A DNA stretch of 64,000 nt from Octopus sinensis (Eukaryota), in the NCBI RefSeq assembly GCF_006345805.1, contig NC_043015.1, forward strand, positions 6,758,001 to 6,822,000, given 5' to 3'. This document shows positions 43,488 to 57,120 of this stretch, in pieces. The notes below the pieces were generated by a model. It saw only the letters and a list, made by a program, of their open reading frames with translations. It was not told the DNA's origin and did not search any database. How positions within the stretch are numbered: the first letter of the stretch is position 1; each line of letters opens with the position of its first letter. A program made the position numbers and the translations under genes.

Positions 43488-44250
43488 GCACTCGCACACA
43501 CACACACACACACATATATAATATATATATACCAGTATCAATCCAATACTTGTATGAACACTAATGGAATCTCTATAGAATTTTTTTTTCTGTCTCACAA
43601 AGAAACGTGTTAATAAATATTCCTTATATAAACGCATATACCACCTCTACGTATATAACAACGCGTAATCTTATATGTGTTTTATATGCTTGGCGGAAAC
43701 ACCAGAAGTTTCAATTCGAAGTTGCATGGATTTCATAATTTAGGAAATAAGCTAATACCTCCTGTGTATATCGGCTATGGAAATAATGAATTTCCAGAAA
43801 CCATCTGTTCTTTGTTATTGCTATGTTTCTTTATTCAAAAGAAAAAAAATCCAATCTATACTCTGCCCAATACAGAATGGCCGTCCATATGGCTTCAGAA
43901 CGTACGAGTAATTATTTTCTGTATTATTTATTTTATTTTTGTTTTGTTATTGTATTTTTGTATTTTCAGAGGTGAGAGTTGGAGGAAATTAAATCGAAAA
44001 TGTAATTTCAAGTGAACAAAAACTGTAAAATAATATGATACACATAACGTAATACAGGAACAAAAATTGGAGTAAAACCGACAGTGTTGGTACAGAAACG
44101 GTTGTCGTTGGACAGAACCACGTGTTTGTAACAACCAGTGACTGAATTGTTGCTTTCAAAAGAGAGAGAAAAAACAACCACATTGTGTTTGGCATTCAGT
44201 ACTGCCAAAGCACTTAAACTACACATTGTGAAAAGTACATATATATATAC
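42640..44250. repeat. Apparently exact 850-bp tandem duplication
   Basis: 42682-43390 appears identical to 43532-44240; identical ORF pairs 850 bp apart (42827/43677, 43078/43928, 43139/43989). Confidence 0.97.
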
Positions 44251-44819
44251 GGGGATAGAACTTGGAAAGCAAAACGTTTTTATCGATAAAGAGGAAATGA
44301 AGAAGATTCCTTTCTTCTGAACTTCTTTCCATTATTTCACATATGCTGGTTCATTTCATCTGCTATTAGTATTTTCATTTCTGTCACATTATTCAACAGT
44401 AGCAGAATCGGTGCATCCTAAGATATGTGCCTCGCTTTTTACTCTGTAGTTTCAAATCCAACCTGTTTTCCTTTGGATTTCATTTCACTGGTCGGTAAAA
44501 TGATTTTATCGTATAATTCCTACAACTGATTAAAAATTTCTGGCATTGTGTCTATATTAATGATGTAACTAACATACATATATAGGTATGTACGTAGGTA
44601 TATACGTGCATACACACACATACGTATATACATACACACATATACATGCATAACCAGAAAGGAGAAAGCTAATTCAAAAACAACAGATCCAATCAATGGA
44701 ACTGTAAAGATCTATAACACTTTCCACAAGTTTATCATTTAAATATATATGAACATGTCTAGATGTGCAACTATATGGATGAGAATACATACATATCTGC
44801 ACATATATATACATACAAA

Positions 44820-45045
44820 AATACCCTGTTTCTGATGTTGAAACTCAAAAGGGGCAAATAAGGACAGACATAGGTATTAAGTCGATTACATCGACCCCAG
44901 TACGTAACTGGTACTTAATTTATCGACCCCGAAAGTATGAAAGGCAAAGTCGACCTCGGCGGAATTTGAACTCACAACGTAACGGCAGACGAAATACCGC
45001 TAAGCATTTCGCCCGGCGTGCTAACGTTTCTGCCCTCTCGCCGCC
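44820..45045 (-). mobile_element. SINE family A, well-preserved copy
   Basis: Close match to 16063-16293 (GGCAAAGTCGACCTCGGCGGAATTTGAACTC...GCATTTCGCCCGGCGTGCTAACG). Confidence 0.92.
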
Positions 45046-45110
45046 TAACATATAGCATCTTATAGTCAACCCGAGCCATTGATATGTTTGTCAAATTTAT
45101 TATTATTTAA

Positions 45111-45280
45111 GGCAGCGAACCAGTAGAACAGTTAGCACACCAGACAAATGCTTGGATGCATTTTCTCTGTTCTTAAGTTTTAAGTTCAAAGTCCGTCGAA
45201 GTCGATATCCATCGGTTCGATGGGTCAATGAAATAAGTAAAGTGGGATACTAGATAAATGTAGTCGACCAGCCCCTTTAA
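45111..45280 (+). mobile_element. SINE family A, old diverged copy, head-to-head with the previous one
   Basis: GGCAGCGAACCAGTAGAACAGTTAGCACACCAGACAAATGCTT head, AAGTTCAAAGTCCGTCGAAGTCGA, GTCAATGAAATAAGTA. Confidence 0.65.
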
Positions 45281-46239
45281 CGGGAATTCGTTTTATCACA
45301 AACCTTCCGTCTGAAGTTTCGATGTGTCACAACATAATCCTTTACTCATATCAGTCACAGAGAATCACAAAGTGTTAAATGGTCAAGACTATCTGCTAAC
45401 GATATTTAATAGTAATAATAAAATATTGTATGAAGATTATATTATATGAAGCTCCTTTTCCCATTGTTTTTTTCCCCCTGAAATCAATATGGCTATCCAT
45501 AATAATTTCATACATAAAATCTTATCTTAATTCATAGATATTTACGCCAAAACGGTTAAAAAAGCAAAAACGGGAAAACTTATATTACGGTATGTTTTCT
45601 AATATATTGTATCAACATTTATTTATTTTTTCCTCCATTCTCTTCTATTGAATTAATCTTAGTTTTTGGAGACGACATCTACAGACTGATTGGCACCCAA
45701 TTATTACAATTCAATAGTGCAAAAGACAATATTTAATACGAAATACCCTAAAGGATACTATGTTTGAAATTTAAATATATGGTGACATACAGGGAATAGC
45801 GATTAGTTTCTCCATAATTAGTAAAGATTATTCCGATATATAACTGTCTAAAATGACAGAACATCCGTCACTTAAGGTATCACATTGTAATAACTTATAA
45901 GATACATTGCATTTTTTGCGCTTTATGAATATATACACTCATTCACATACACATGTATAAATATTGGTATAAATGTGTGTGTCTGTACATACATACATAC
46001 ACACATATTATGTTAATTCATATATATTTACGCCAAAACGGTAAAAAAGCAAAAACAGGAAAAATTATATTACGGTACATTTTCGCAAATAGTGTATTAA
46101 CAATTATATATTTCCCTTAATTTTCTTCTGTTCAACTATACACACTCACACAAACACAGACACACGCAAACGTGGTGAAACTGTGTCAAGCCAATGAATG
46201 CCAATGAAATTGTACGCCAAATATTTTGTAGAATGTATA

Positions 46240-46460
46240 TGTCGTACGGAAATAATATTTTCTTAGCGACTGGCCCAAACATACATACTTCGGTGGGAAC
46301 CAGAATCGTAGTGATGACCATATCATTTCTGCTGTTCATGACATTTTTTTTACTAACAGAATGAAAGATTCTTGAACCAAAGGGGTCCAAGCACTGCAAC
46401 ACAGATATAAGGATTGGGTAGAATGCAAGGAGGACTACATGGGAAAAATAATGCTCAGTT
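46240..46460 (+). pseudogene. mariner transposase 3'-end fragment
   Basis: Manual translation: GNQNRSDDHIISAVHDIF and VQALQHRYKDWVECKEDYMGK*, typical of mariner C-termini. Confidence 0.7.
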
Positions 46461-48227
46461 AGTGAGAATTTCCATGAGACTACCTCTGTAAACCTATGAA
46501 CTTTTCAGCAGATCGATGTGCGTGTGTCTATATACATGTGTTCGTCTTTGGGTGCGCACATGAGAGTATGCGTGGATGTGTTCGTCCATCTATCTATCTA
46601 TATAGATGTGTGTGCGTATGTGTTTGTATGTGTGCTTATGTAGATATGTATATATATATATATATGCATTAACACACTTATATATGCATACGTATATACA
46701 TATATCCATACACACACTTATGCATCTACAGATATATGCTTACATACATAAATATGTATGTATGTATATATATATATATACACACACACATATATACGTG
46801 TTTGTATGAGCGTGTGTTTGCTTGCGCGCCTGCGTGCGTGTTTTTGAAGAGTGACGATGTCAGGAGAGAGAATTTTCTACACCTTGTTATGTCTAAATTA
46901 TTTTTAAACTTGTTTCCAAATTTAGCAATTAGCACTGATTTATTTCTAAAACTGAATAGATAATGTATTTTCATATGGTCTTTTCCTCCTTTGGGCAAAT
47001 AACCAGTAAAGGCGTATTTTAGTTTTGATTCCTCCGAGAATTCGCTCTTAAGTAAATATATCACTATTTTCTAAGTTTTTATTTAAAAACTTCTCAACTT
47101 TTTCCCGATAATAAAATAGTTACTGAAATAATTACAGACACATACATTTAGTTGTTATATTTGCTTCTATGCGGACAGATAACGCTGGAAGCTAATTCTC
47201 CTATGCGATTATACAGCTTAACGTACTTTTAAAATAGTTTCAAATTAATACTGTAATCAAATGATAAAATCAGAAAAATAGTGCCCAAAAATGTATATTC
47301 TCCTTGTATAATATTTATATATATATGTGAGTGTCTGTATGTTTGTGCACGATGTACATGCAGGTATATATAGGTATATGTTTGTGTGTGAGAGAGAGAA
47401 TTTACATATAAATAAAAGTTGTGCCTCTGAGTGAGTGTGTCTATTTATATATCTATATACATGAATGTATAAATCTATGTATATATATTTATCCATATTT
47501 ATATATATATGAATGTATAATTCTATGTATATATATTTATCCATATTTATATATATATATATATACATACATATATATGTATTGTGTGTGCGTGTATGTG
47601 TTTGTACGTGCATGCGTGCGAGCCCGTGCGGATGTGTGTAGCCTTTTTTATACATATGTCTGAGTGCATTTATGCAAGAAAAAAATAGTATTACTTGTAC
47701 ATATTGATATAAATTTGTACTGAACAATATACTTTTGGGCAATATATTTTGATGATTTTGTCATTTGATAAAGGTCTTAATTGGAATTTATTTTAGAATT
47801 TATCTTAAGCTAAATAATCTCATATGAAAACTATCTTCCAGCATTATTATCTGATTAACTGTAAACAAATATTACAATAAATATAGGTGTCTGTAATACT
47901 GAAATCATCTTCTAACCAATGAAGGTGTTGAAACTACAAAACACAGCGAAACAATTATGAACATCAATTATTGGGATAAAAGTGCACAAATTACAAAGCT
48001 TAAAGGTAAGGTGTGACAATATGAAAATTGAGGTTTTGAATATATTTTCTGAAATGAAATATTTCTAATTGTCTCCTAAGTCACATGTCGAAGCCAGCAT
48101 ACTTACCCAAACTACTACACAAATTCAGTCGAATATATTTATGAGCGCTTGTAAATATCTAAGCACGTATGTGTGTGCATCTGGGTATCAATGCATGTAT
48201 CCATCCATCTATCTATCTATCTATCTA

Positions 48228-48280
<53 letters not shown>

Positions 48281-48294
48281 GAGAAAGTGATCCA

Positions 48295-48500
48295 TTCGGT
48301 TACGAAGTATCATGAAATTAGGCGTAGAAATTCCCTCAGAGGCAAAAGTCCTGAAGACCAGTCACCCGTCCACACCAATCTCGTGCCACCGATGTTATCC
48401 ATGGGAAAGGCAAGGGCCGATACAGCTCTGCTGCCAGTGAAGTCGCAATTCATTTCTACACCTGAATGAACTGGAGCAGCGTGAAATAAAATACTCTGCC
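48295..48500 (-). mobile_element. Headless CORE-like SINE, family D
   Basis: Reverse complement TTTATTTCACGCTGCTCCAGTTCATTCAGGTGTAGAAATG resembles a CORE-type central domain; related to 62560-62810. Confidence 0.6.
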
Positions 48501-48569
48501 CTTCGTTTCTTTTGTATTTTTCTGTTATACTGTATTCAGCAATAATTTATTGTGGTTCAAATATATATA

Positions 48570-48868
48570 CACTGACAGCCGCACTTAACCAAACTCTCGG
48601 GCGTTTCAATAATTACTACCTACGAGCCTACGACTGATAGGCGAAATTAGTCTAGTCTAGTGTTCCTAGAGATGCTCATGTAGCGGTTACATCTTGTCAG
48701 TTACATCTTTCGCGCATTTTGCAGCATTGAGAACTTTTAACTCGTATTTCTAGCCAAATAGGTGCATCGGCACCCTCACTGACTACAGATTGATGCCTGG
48801 GACTAATGAATGAAACTAGTCTAATGATTCTAGAAACGCTCATGGGGCGGTTATCTCCCCCATCAGTG
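48570..48868. mobile_element. Candidate Tc1/mariner-type MITE
   Basis: TA|CACTGA...TCAGTG|TA ends and two ~50-bp internal direct repeats (GAAA.TAGTCTA...CTAGA.A.GCTCATG..GCGGTTA) near 48641 and 48811. Confidence 0.45.
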
Positions 48869-49059
48869 TATATATACAATATACGGGATGCATTCCAGAT
48901 GTTTTCAGACATTTTTGTTTAGGACAGGAAATGATAATTACGCTGAATTGTTGTAATTTTAGTATATCATTACCAAACGTCTGCTAAACTGACCTGCCAA
49001 CATTTTCATTCCATGTGAATACACTTTACTAAACTCTGGTTGTCACACCTCACTATTTT

Positions 49060-49570
49060 GGAGAACGAAGTTGGGGCGTGACGACAATATCGAAACACAC
49101 CATGCAACAAAGTTTGGTGTAAAACTGACCAAACTAACCAAAGAAAATTATGAAATGGTCCAAATTGCTTATGGATTAACTTGTATGAGCTGAGTATCAT
49201 ATTTGTTTCTTTGTTCTGAGTCAAGATGTCAGGCAAATTAAGTCTACCGAGAAGCCTATGATCCCTATTTTCGAGAGCATGGCTATCTTCTATATCCACT
49301 GGGTTCCTTCTTGTCAGACGCTTAACAGAGAATACTTTGTGGTGGGTTTTAAGGCAGTTCAGGAAGTGGTTTCGTTGCAAGAGGCCAGTGCACATGAACC
49401 AGGAAAATGCACCAGTCCACTGTTCATGCCTAGTTACCAAGTGCTCGACATGGGTGAGCATCAAAACCATTTCTTACCCTTTCTAACTTCCAGATCTGTC
49501 TCTCTGGCTGAAGTAGAAAATGAAGGAGGCTATTACCTGGCTCTTGGATACCTTCACTTGAAATTACTTC
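49060..49570 (+). pseudogene. Internally deleted mariner transposase remnant
   Basis: HATKFGVKLTK...YEMVQIAYG (HTH start), WVPSCQTLNREYF, QENAPVH and LPDL motifs in broken frames. Confidence 0.75.
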
Positions 49571-51289
49571 TATGACGCTTTCAGAAAATGGCTACAACAC
49601 TACAAATATATTGAAGTCATAGGATCCTCTTTAAAGGAATACAACCATGTTGCATTTCTTCGAAATTAACAAATGCTTGTCCCGAATATATCTCAAAACT
49701 TCTGAAATTCCCTTTGATCTGTTTTCCATTATATCTATACATGTTTAAACAAGTCACTTATATTTAAACTAAAAGCGGCATCACGACCATATGAATGTGT
49801 AACATATCCACATGTATAAAATCAGTTTTGTACAATAAAATTAAAAAGAGTTCATCTCGGTAACCTCAGTTAAATGCATAAATACTATCAGAAAATTATT
49901 TTGCTATATAATTAGAGAGGAATTAACTACAATTTGGAAACATACTATAGAATTTCTACATCATTAGGTATGAGATCTATACCGGGAAAGCGACGTTCAT
50001 TTGATAAATTACTTTATCTCGATTACAGAACAATCTATGCGTTTAACCTGTAATAAATCATCATTTTTCAGCTATACTCCTCTGTGGGAGAAAACAAAAA
50101 AAAAAAAGCCACCTTTTAGAAGTCGCATAGGATTCATATAAATTCACATAAAACTTTTAATGACGATATTTTTTTTTTTTCTTTTTTCATTTTATATCTT
50201 AATGTTAGCTGTAACGGATCTCTGAAGTTTGTATATTTCTAAAACATAATTAACTTTACCGTCTTGCATATTTATTCTTTAGATAGATGAGAGCTCTGAT
50301 AAAATGAGAGATATCAAAGGCATGGAACTTACAAAGAAATGCTCGTGTATTTTGTCGATATTATCTTGCTACTATAAAATAGGCACTATAGTCTCAATTA
50401 ATCTTCATAAAATCTGCAGAATAATGATGTTTGTAATTAAACACGACATCTCATTATATATTTGTTTTTATTTTTTTCTTTAAAACATTTAAAATTCAAA
50501 GCAGTTCAACTCCTTCCTATTTTGTTGCATATATTTTGTTTAGTTTATTGGTTCCAATATTACCTTCTGATGTATTTGAAATCGTTATTCGATTTGAAAT
50601 TGTTTATTGTTGATATGAGTGTTGTTGTTTTATTAATCGATATGGTTTTATATTACATTCCTTATATTATGTTTTCGTAGAACATCAAATTCCTGTGAAT
50701 CACGCATGCCAACATGTCAATCCTATAAACGGCATATCACTCAAATAAGCAACCATCTGTCACATTACTTCAAAGTATGGAGAGGACAATCTTAGAAATG
50801 GACGTTTAGCGATCTGGAGAAGAAAACGAATAAGTAAGCCTCTTTAATACGTGAATAAATCCACGATTTGTTTACAAAGAAATGAATACGAAAGAAAAGA
50901 GTAGAATACATGTTTTGTGAGAACGTATGTATTTGCAAACCAATACAGGAGTATGCTTGTGTGCGTACGTTTGTGTATTTTCCTCTGTGTATGTTAAGTG
51001 TATGAACTTAAACAACTATAAAGTAAGTGACCGAAGCAAAGAACAAAACTGATAAAATCATAAAAATATAATGTAATGACATAGGAATGCGTCATAAAAA
51101 CATAAGATACTTGGGAGATATGATATGGACAGAAAAAGCAAAATGTAAGTGAAACATCAATACACAAACACATGCTCATATAGTAAATCGCACATACACG
51201 GTCGTCGATTTGAAAATACACATATATACACACAATTTTATGTACGTATACAGATGCATAAATATATGCACTTATATGTATACATATAT

Positions 51290-51429
51290 ATATATATGCA
51301 GATGCATAGATACACTTTTCTAATTTATATATTTGTATGTGTATATGTATATATATATATATATTATATATATATATTTATATATATACATATGTATATA
51401 TATATATATATATTATATATATACATATG

Positions 51430-51461
<32 letters not shown>

Positions 51462-51462
51462 C

Positions 51463-51505
<43 letters not shown>

Positions 51506-51530
51506 ATATATATTTATATATGTATATACT
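51290..51530. repeat. (TA)n microsatellite
   Basis: Read directly. Confidence 0.92.
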
Positions 51531-51589
51531 TTTAGTGGTTCACTTTTACTTATTAACATATGTTTTAGTTAGAAAATAATATAGTTAAA

Positions 51590-51603
51590 AGAAAGATAGA
51601 TAT

Positions 51604-51682
<79 letters not shown>

Positions 51683-51840
51683 CTTAGAAAGATAGATAGA
51701 TACCCAAACAAACAGAAAGATAGCAAAGACAGGTACAAAGATAGAATTGCAGACAGACATACCAACTGACTGACTGACAGACACACAGACTGACTGACAG
51801 ACAGACAAGCAGACACGTTTCTTGACAAATGGGTAGACAG
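51590..51840. repeat. (GATA)n grading into (GACA/GACT)n
   Basis: Read directly. Confidence 0.95.
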
Positions 51841-52824
51841 ACGGTTTTTCAAAGTTAGCAGAAAAATAGATATACGTATCTTTATCTCAATATGCAACAA
51901 GTGAGATACGTTGAGAAAATTATACAGAAGAAGAGATTTATCATAGCATATTTCTTCATTTCTATCTTACGCAAAAAAATTGTATAATTGAAAAATTGTA
52001 TATAGACATACCAACACATATGTGTGTATGAATACATACATATATGCATGTATATTATTATATGTGTATGGAAATAGATAAATATATAGCTTTACATATA
52101 GTTATATCTATTTACTAAGACATAAATATGTTTAGTTAAAAAATAATTCGAATCAAGGAAAAAATGAAATAAATATTAATGACGCACTAAACAATCTTGG
52201 CAAATACGAGGAAAAAAATATTAAGGGATTTAAGAAATATCAGTTCGATCGTTTTTTATCAAAAATTCTAGTTTCCAGTTACTTGCTACCGATGACATCC
52301 TTAATCACTAGAATTCATATCTCTAATATTACAGTATATCAGATATAAATTTGAGTTAGATTACCTACGAATTTTCTGTCTGTCAACGAGACAATATAGT
52401 TAAGATATAAATCGTATATCATTTTTTTCTTTGTTTTATGTTTTTCCTTTTCTCTTTCTCCCCCCCCCCACCGTTATAATGAAGCAATTTCGAGAACCAC
52501 ACAAACGATGAAAAAGAAAATTAAGAGTGAGAACGAAGAAAAATACTATTATTGTCGAAATTCCTAAAGCATGCACCCCGTGTATTCATATGCATATAAA
52601 TATATAAATCAAATTAGTTTTCTAATATTGATGATATTTCTGTGATTAGTTGTAAATGACATTTTAATTCTTAGTTCATAGAAAGTTATATTGCCATTGC
52701 ATATTACTATATCTATCCCGTAATATTCTCTCCTCTCAACATGTGTGTCTTTCTGTTTTGTATATACACATACACGTAAATATATATGCGTGTGTGTGTG
52801 TGTGTGTGTGTATGGTTATTAAAG

Positions 52825-52948
52825 ATGTGGTACTGGTAATAATCTTGTTTCCCTTCCACACGTTTGCGGGATCAACCCCACTGCGTGACACCTTCGGTAG
52901 GTGTCATTTACTATAGCCTCGGGAGCACAAATGCCTTGCGATTATATA

Positions 52949-53011
<63 letters not shown>

Positions 53012-53180
53012 TTTCTGTGAGTGTTTGTCCCCAAAACCACCGTCGATTGAGAACCGGAGAACCGGAGCTCATGTATTTACGTCCCCTTTATCTAGCGGTC
53101 AGGCCCAAAATTGACAAAATAAGTACTAGGCTTCAGAACTATGTACTGATTTGTTCCAGTCAGATGGCTGAAACAAGGTG
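52825..53180 (+). mobile_element. SINE family C, diverged copy
   Basis: CCACTGCGTGACACCTTCGGTAGGTGTCATTTACTATAGCCTCGGG, internal TA/TG tract, and GACAAAATAAGTACTAGGCTT match 35112-35528. Confidence 0.75.
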
Positions 53181-53188
53181 AAAATATA

Positions 53189-53225
<37 letters not shown>

Positions 53226-53226
53226 C

Positions 53227-53271
<45 letters not shown>

Positions 53272-53339
53272 CATACGTGTACATTTCTTGCATTTCTCGA
53301 AAGTGTTTCAGCTTTAGAGCTGCAGCCATGCTGAGGTAG

Positions 53340-53610
53340 CAACATTGGCTGGGCTACACCGTTATTTGGGATCTCTTCTGGTATGTGGCATTTAGTGAAT
53401 GAGCCTGGCGCAGCTGCCCTCATTTTTGCTTCCGCCGTGCGGTAAGCTCATCTGGAAACCCTGAAAGGAAGAGATACAACCTCGTCTTGAAGACACGCAC
53501 ATCCATACCATGCAGATCTCTCGGGTATTTGAAAGGATATTGACGACGTGTAGGACCTTGAAATACAGCTGGTCCTGTATTTTGATAGTGCTGCTGGGTC
53601 CTTGGCACTA
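53340..53610 (-). pseudogene. LINE ORF2 extreme 3' end (CR1/L2/Jockey-like)
   Basis: RDLHGMDVRVFKTRLYLFLSGFPDE...MRAAA matches the FK..LD.FL...PDEP...RAA pattern of LINE C-termini. Confidence 0.72.
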
Positions 53611-53624
53611 TATATATTAATAGA

Positions 53625-54812
53625 AATATCTTAAAATATTAAACAAAATTCATGTAATGTGGGGTAGAACTGCATTTGGCAGTGATTGCAGCTTGAATTC
53701 TACTACGTATGGACTGGTACAAAGTTTGTATTGTTTCCAAAGTTATGTTTGTCCATTTTTCAATTAAAACAGTTTCCAGTTCTCGTAGTGATGATGGAGG
53801 ATATTTTGACTCCTTACTTGTTTTTCTAAAATACACCATAAACGTTCAATGATATTGAAATCTGTGGATTGTAGTAGCTACATAAGATGTTCAACTTCAT
53901 TAGAATGTTCCTCATGCCATTCAGTAACAAATTTAGCTGTGTGAATTGGTGCATTATCATCCTGAAAGATTGCGATTCCCATTGGAAACAGTTCCACAAC
54001 CATAGGATGAATTTGCTAAGATAAAATGCTTAAATAGTCTTGACTATTAATTCTGCCATGAAGGGAAACCTCCTCCATGTTTAACGTTTGGAAAAGGGCA
54101 TCTGGGTCAAATTATTCTTTTGGACATATCCACATGCATACTCGGCTAGTGGACAGAAATAAGGTAAAGAATGACCTGTCCGAGAATATAACATTCTTCC
54201 AGTGCTCCAGAGTCCAATTCTTTAGGTTTTACTCCAGTCTAAACGCATTGCAACATTTGTTTTTGAAAGTCGTGGTTTTCTGATGCAGCCCTCTTATGAA
54301 ATCCGGCTTTGTGCAGCTCTCGGCAAAAAAGTATTGTGGAAACTGGGTTCTCGAAGTGGTCATTAAACACTGCAGTAATTTTGGGAGCTGTACTTTTGTG
54401 ATCCTTTTTAAATAATTCGTGTAAGAATCCGACGATCTCTATCCGAACGCTTTGGTTTTCTTCTCTTCCAGAGCTTTGTTTTGACGATGAATTTTTCCCT
54501 CTTTCTCAAAGGCTGTCATTACCTTCCAGACAGTCCTTCTTAATACACCAAACATTTCGGGTGTTTTCGTTATGCTAGCACCTGCCATAAGAGCACCAAC
54601 AATTTTACATCTTTCAAAGACCGATAGATCTGTAATTTTAATGAATTTTAATTACTTTTTTTCAGATGATATCTGCAGAAAAACACAAATTTTAGCAAAA
54701 CATATTAAGCAACACCAATAATAAATCAAAAGACATTAAAATATACAAGCTTTTCGTGGTTTTATATTATGATGATATTTTGCTTGGTGTTTCCATTATT
54801 TTCTCCAACCCA

Positions 54813-54814
<2 letters not shown>
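53625..54814 (-). mobile_element. Decayed Tc1-family transposon (one TIR retained)
   Basis: Broken frames: KIVGALMAGASITKT, TAPKITAVFNDHFENPVST, RELHKAGF, FQDDNAPIHTA, STDFNIIERLW, LRELETVLIEKW...RIQAAITAK. TIR GGTGTTTCCATTATTTTCTCCAACCCATG at 54786-54814 next to (TA)n; other TIR not found. Confidence 0.92.
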
Positions 54815-54852
<38 letters not shown>

Positions 54853-55309
54853 TGTATAATATCTCCGGATAAATGATACAAGCGAAGCATGAACGATATT
54901 ATCAGTAATAAGATAGTGTTAATATGCGGATAAATAGCTGAGCGAATATATATTAAAAAATATATATATATGTATGTAAGAAAAAAGAAACAAGATAATA
55001 ATTATTGTGCTCATCATATAATCTTGCAGTCATCATATTGAATTACAGATACAATATCTTGCAGAAATTTAGAAATACATTTAGTATGTTTACTGAAGAT
55101 TGCAACGACAACTGATGTGCAGGTCCATGAATTTATCTGAAACAACCAAAATCTGCGTTCATATTTTTAGATACGAAGCAATATTATACTTCTTTCTTTT
55201 TTCTTTTTTGCTGTTGTCTGTTTTTTTCTTATGTCGGTATTGAATATATGTAAGTATATATGTAGATGTAAATGTGCTTTTGTGTTTGTGTGTGTGTGTG
55301 ATTTTCGGT

Positions 55310-55320
55310 ATATATATTAT

Positions 55321-55354
<34 letters not shown>

Positions 55355-55646
55355 ATACATACATACATACATGTGTACGTATATATGTACATACATAAAT
55401 ATATATATAATATATATATATATAATATATATATATATTATATATATATACATACATACATACATACATGTGTACGTATATATGTACATACATAAATATA
55501 TATATATATATATATATATATCTATATATATATATACATACATACATACATACATGTGTACGTATATATGTACATACATAAATATATATATATATATATA
55601 CATACATACATACATGTGTACGTATATATGTACATACATAAATATA

Positions 55647-55693
<47 letters not shown>

Positions 55694-55700
55694 CATATAT
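55310..55700. repeat. (TA)n array with four ~50-bp higher-order units
   Basis: TACATACATACATGTGTACGTATATATGTACATACATAAAT repeated four times. Confidence 0.93.
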
Positions 55701-55879
55701 ACACACAACACACACATACGCGCGCACACATGTATAGTCATTAGTCGTCCCGCAGCTCTAGTGTCACATGATCCCAGAAATTCTGTCTCCACAACATATA
55801 GCTAACTTTTTAGTGTCGCAATATACGCCGTAGTAACAGGACACCTGACAAAATATGTTGTATTATAAAGTTCCGTTTC

Positions 55880-56045
55880 TTAGCGGTACTTCATCCATCT
55901 TTACGTTCCCCGAAAAGATGGAAGACTAACTGTGTCTTTCATCTTTTCGGAGTAGACGAAATAAGTAGCGGCTAAACACTGGAGGCGATGTAATCAAATA
56001 GCCGCGTTTTCCAAAATTTCAGGACTTGTGGTTTATGTAGAAAAA
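55880..56045 (+). mobile_element. SINE family A, old diverged copy
   Basis: CTTTCATCTTTTCGGAGTAGACGAAATAAGTA...GATGTAATC...CCAAAATTTCAGGACTTGTG. Confidence 0.6.
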
Positions 56046-56949
56046 ATAATTGAAATTCGATTCTGTGCGTCCTGAATCGGGGTATTTTGTATTTTATTTT
56101 CGGTTGTATACCAGCTTGATCTTTTCATTATAAGTTTAAGGCTGTGCACTTAATAACTTAGAAATTGAGTACTGAAAAGAGTAGAGTTGGAGCTGGAGAA
56201 TCAAAACACTTTTTGATTCAGTAGATGGTTGCTATGAATTATTCATATAAATGGATTCGAATTTGAAATCAAAGAGAATTTGATTTTCCATTTCATCTCT
56301 TGTGATTCCTCTTATACCAATTAATCTCACTATTTCATTCTGGAAAGAAATTAGGATGCAATTTTAACAACATAACTATCCCTATGAAGTTACCCGTTTT
56401 CTTTTTCTCTCTCATCGAGATACTCCTTACAAACATTGATACAAATATATACCTTATGTTATGTGTTTAAGTATAAGACCAGTATCCATGTTGATTTCTG
56501 ATAGAAGTGCAAGTGGATATTACAGAAACAGAAGTGTATATATTATAGATTGGCTTCCGCCATAGAAATGTGTGGGTGTGGGTGTGTGTGCGCGCGCGCT
56601 TGTGTTTGCTCTCAGTACATTAATCTGGACATGTCACAGTCGTCCTATGGTAAATTGTATTCGTCGTATGGGTCCAGGAAATTCTGTAAGTCCGCTCTTG
56701 CCGTAAAATTGACGGCGGTTTTCAGTTAACAATGTCAGCCTTGTTATTTATCTCTTGTCTCATTAATGTTTCCCGTTACTGAGAAAAGCATTATTTCGAT
56801 ATCTCAGGGGAAGTTAGTGCCTGTTAGTGATTTATAGATGCATCACTAATGGATATACACTGTCGTACATCAAACATAAGACATAAATATTTATAAACTC
56901 AGTAATTCATAAATACTTAAATATGTGTATTATATTTATAGTTTAAAAT

Positions 56950-57120
56950 TTATGGAAAACAAAAGACTGAAACAGATGTGGGAAAAGCAAGCAGGTGTAG
57001 AAGTTTGACGCTCGGAGAAAATGGAAAAGTGTTTGACGTTTCGAGCCCACGCTCTTTGACAGAAAGGAATGGGATGAACAAAACATGGGAGGTGAGAGAA
57101 AAAACCGGAGAGAGAAAATA
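56950..57120 (-). mobile_element. Penelope/retrozyme-like repeat variant with hammerhead-like motif (57032-57065)
   Basis: Reverse complement TTT-CTGTCAA-A-GAGC-GTGG-GCTC-GAAACGTC-AAA followed by CCGAGCGTCAAACT, paralleling CTGAGCGTTATACT of the other copies. Confidence 0.7.

Noticed and set aside
42827-44015. Two identical 112-aa ORFs that look like a gene pair
   Set aside because: Produced by the 850-bp duplication; no recognisable domain.
55310-55700. Repeat-spacer pattern resembling a CRISPR array
   Set aside because: Spacers are just variable-length (TA)n; eukaryotic context; no cas genes.
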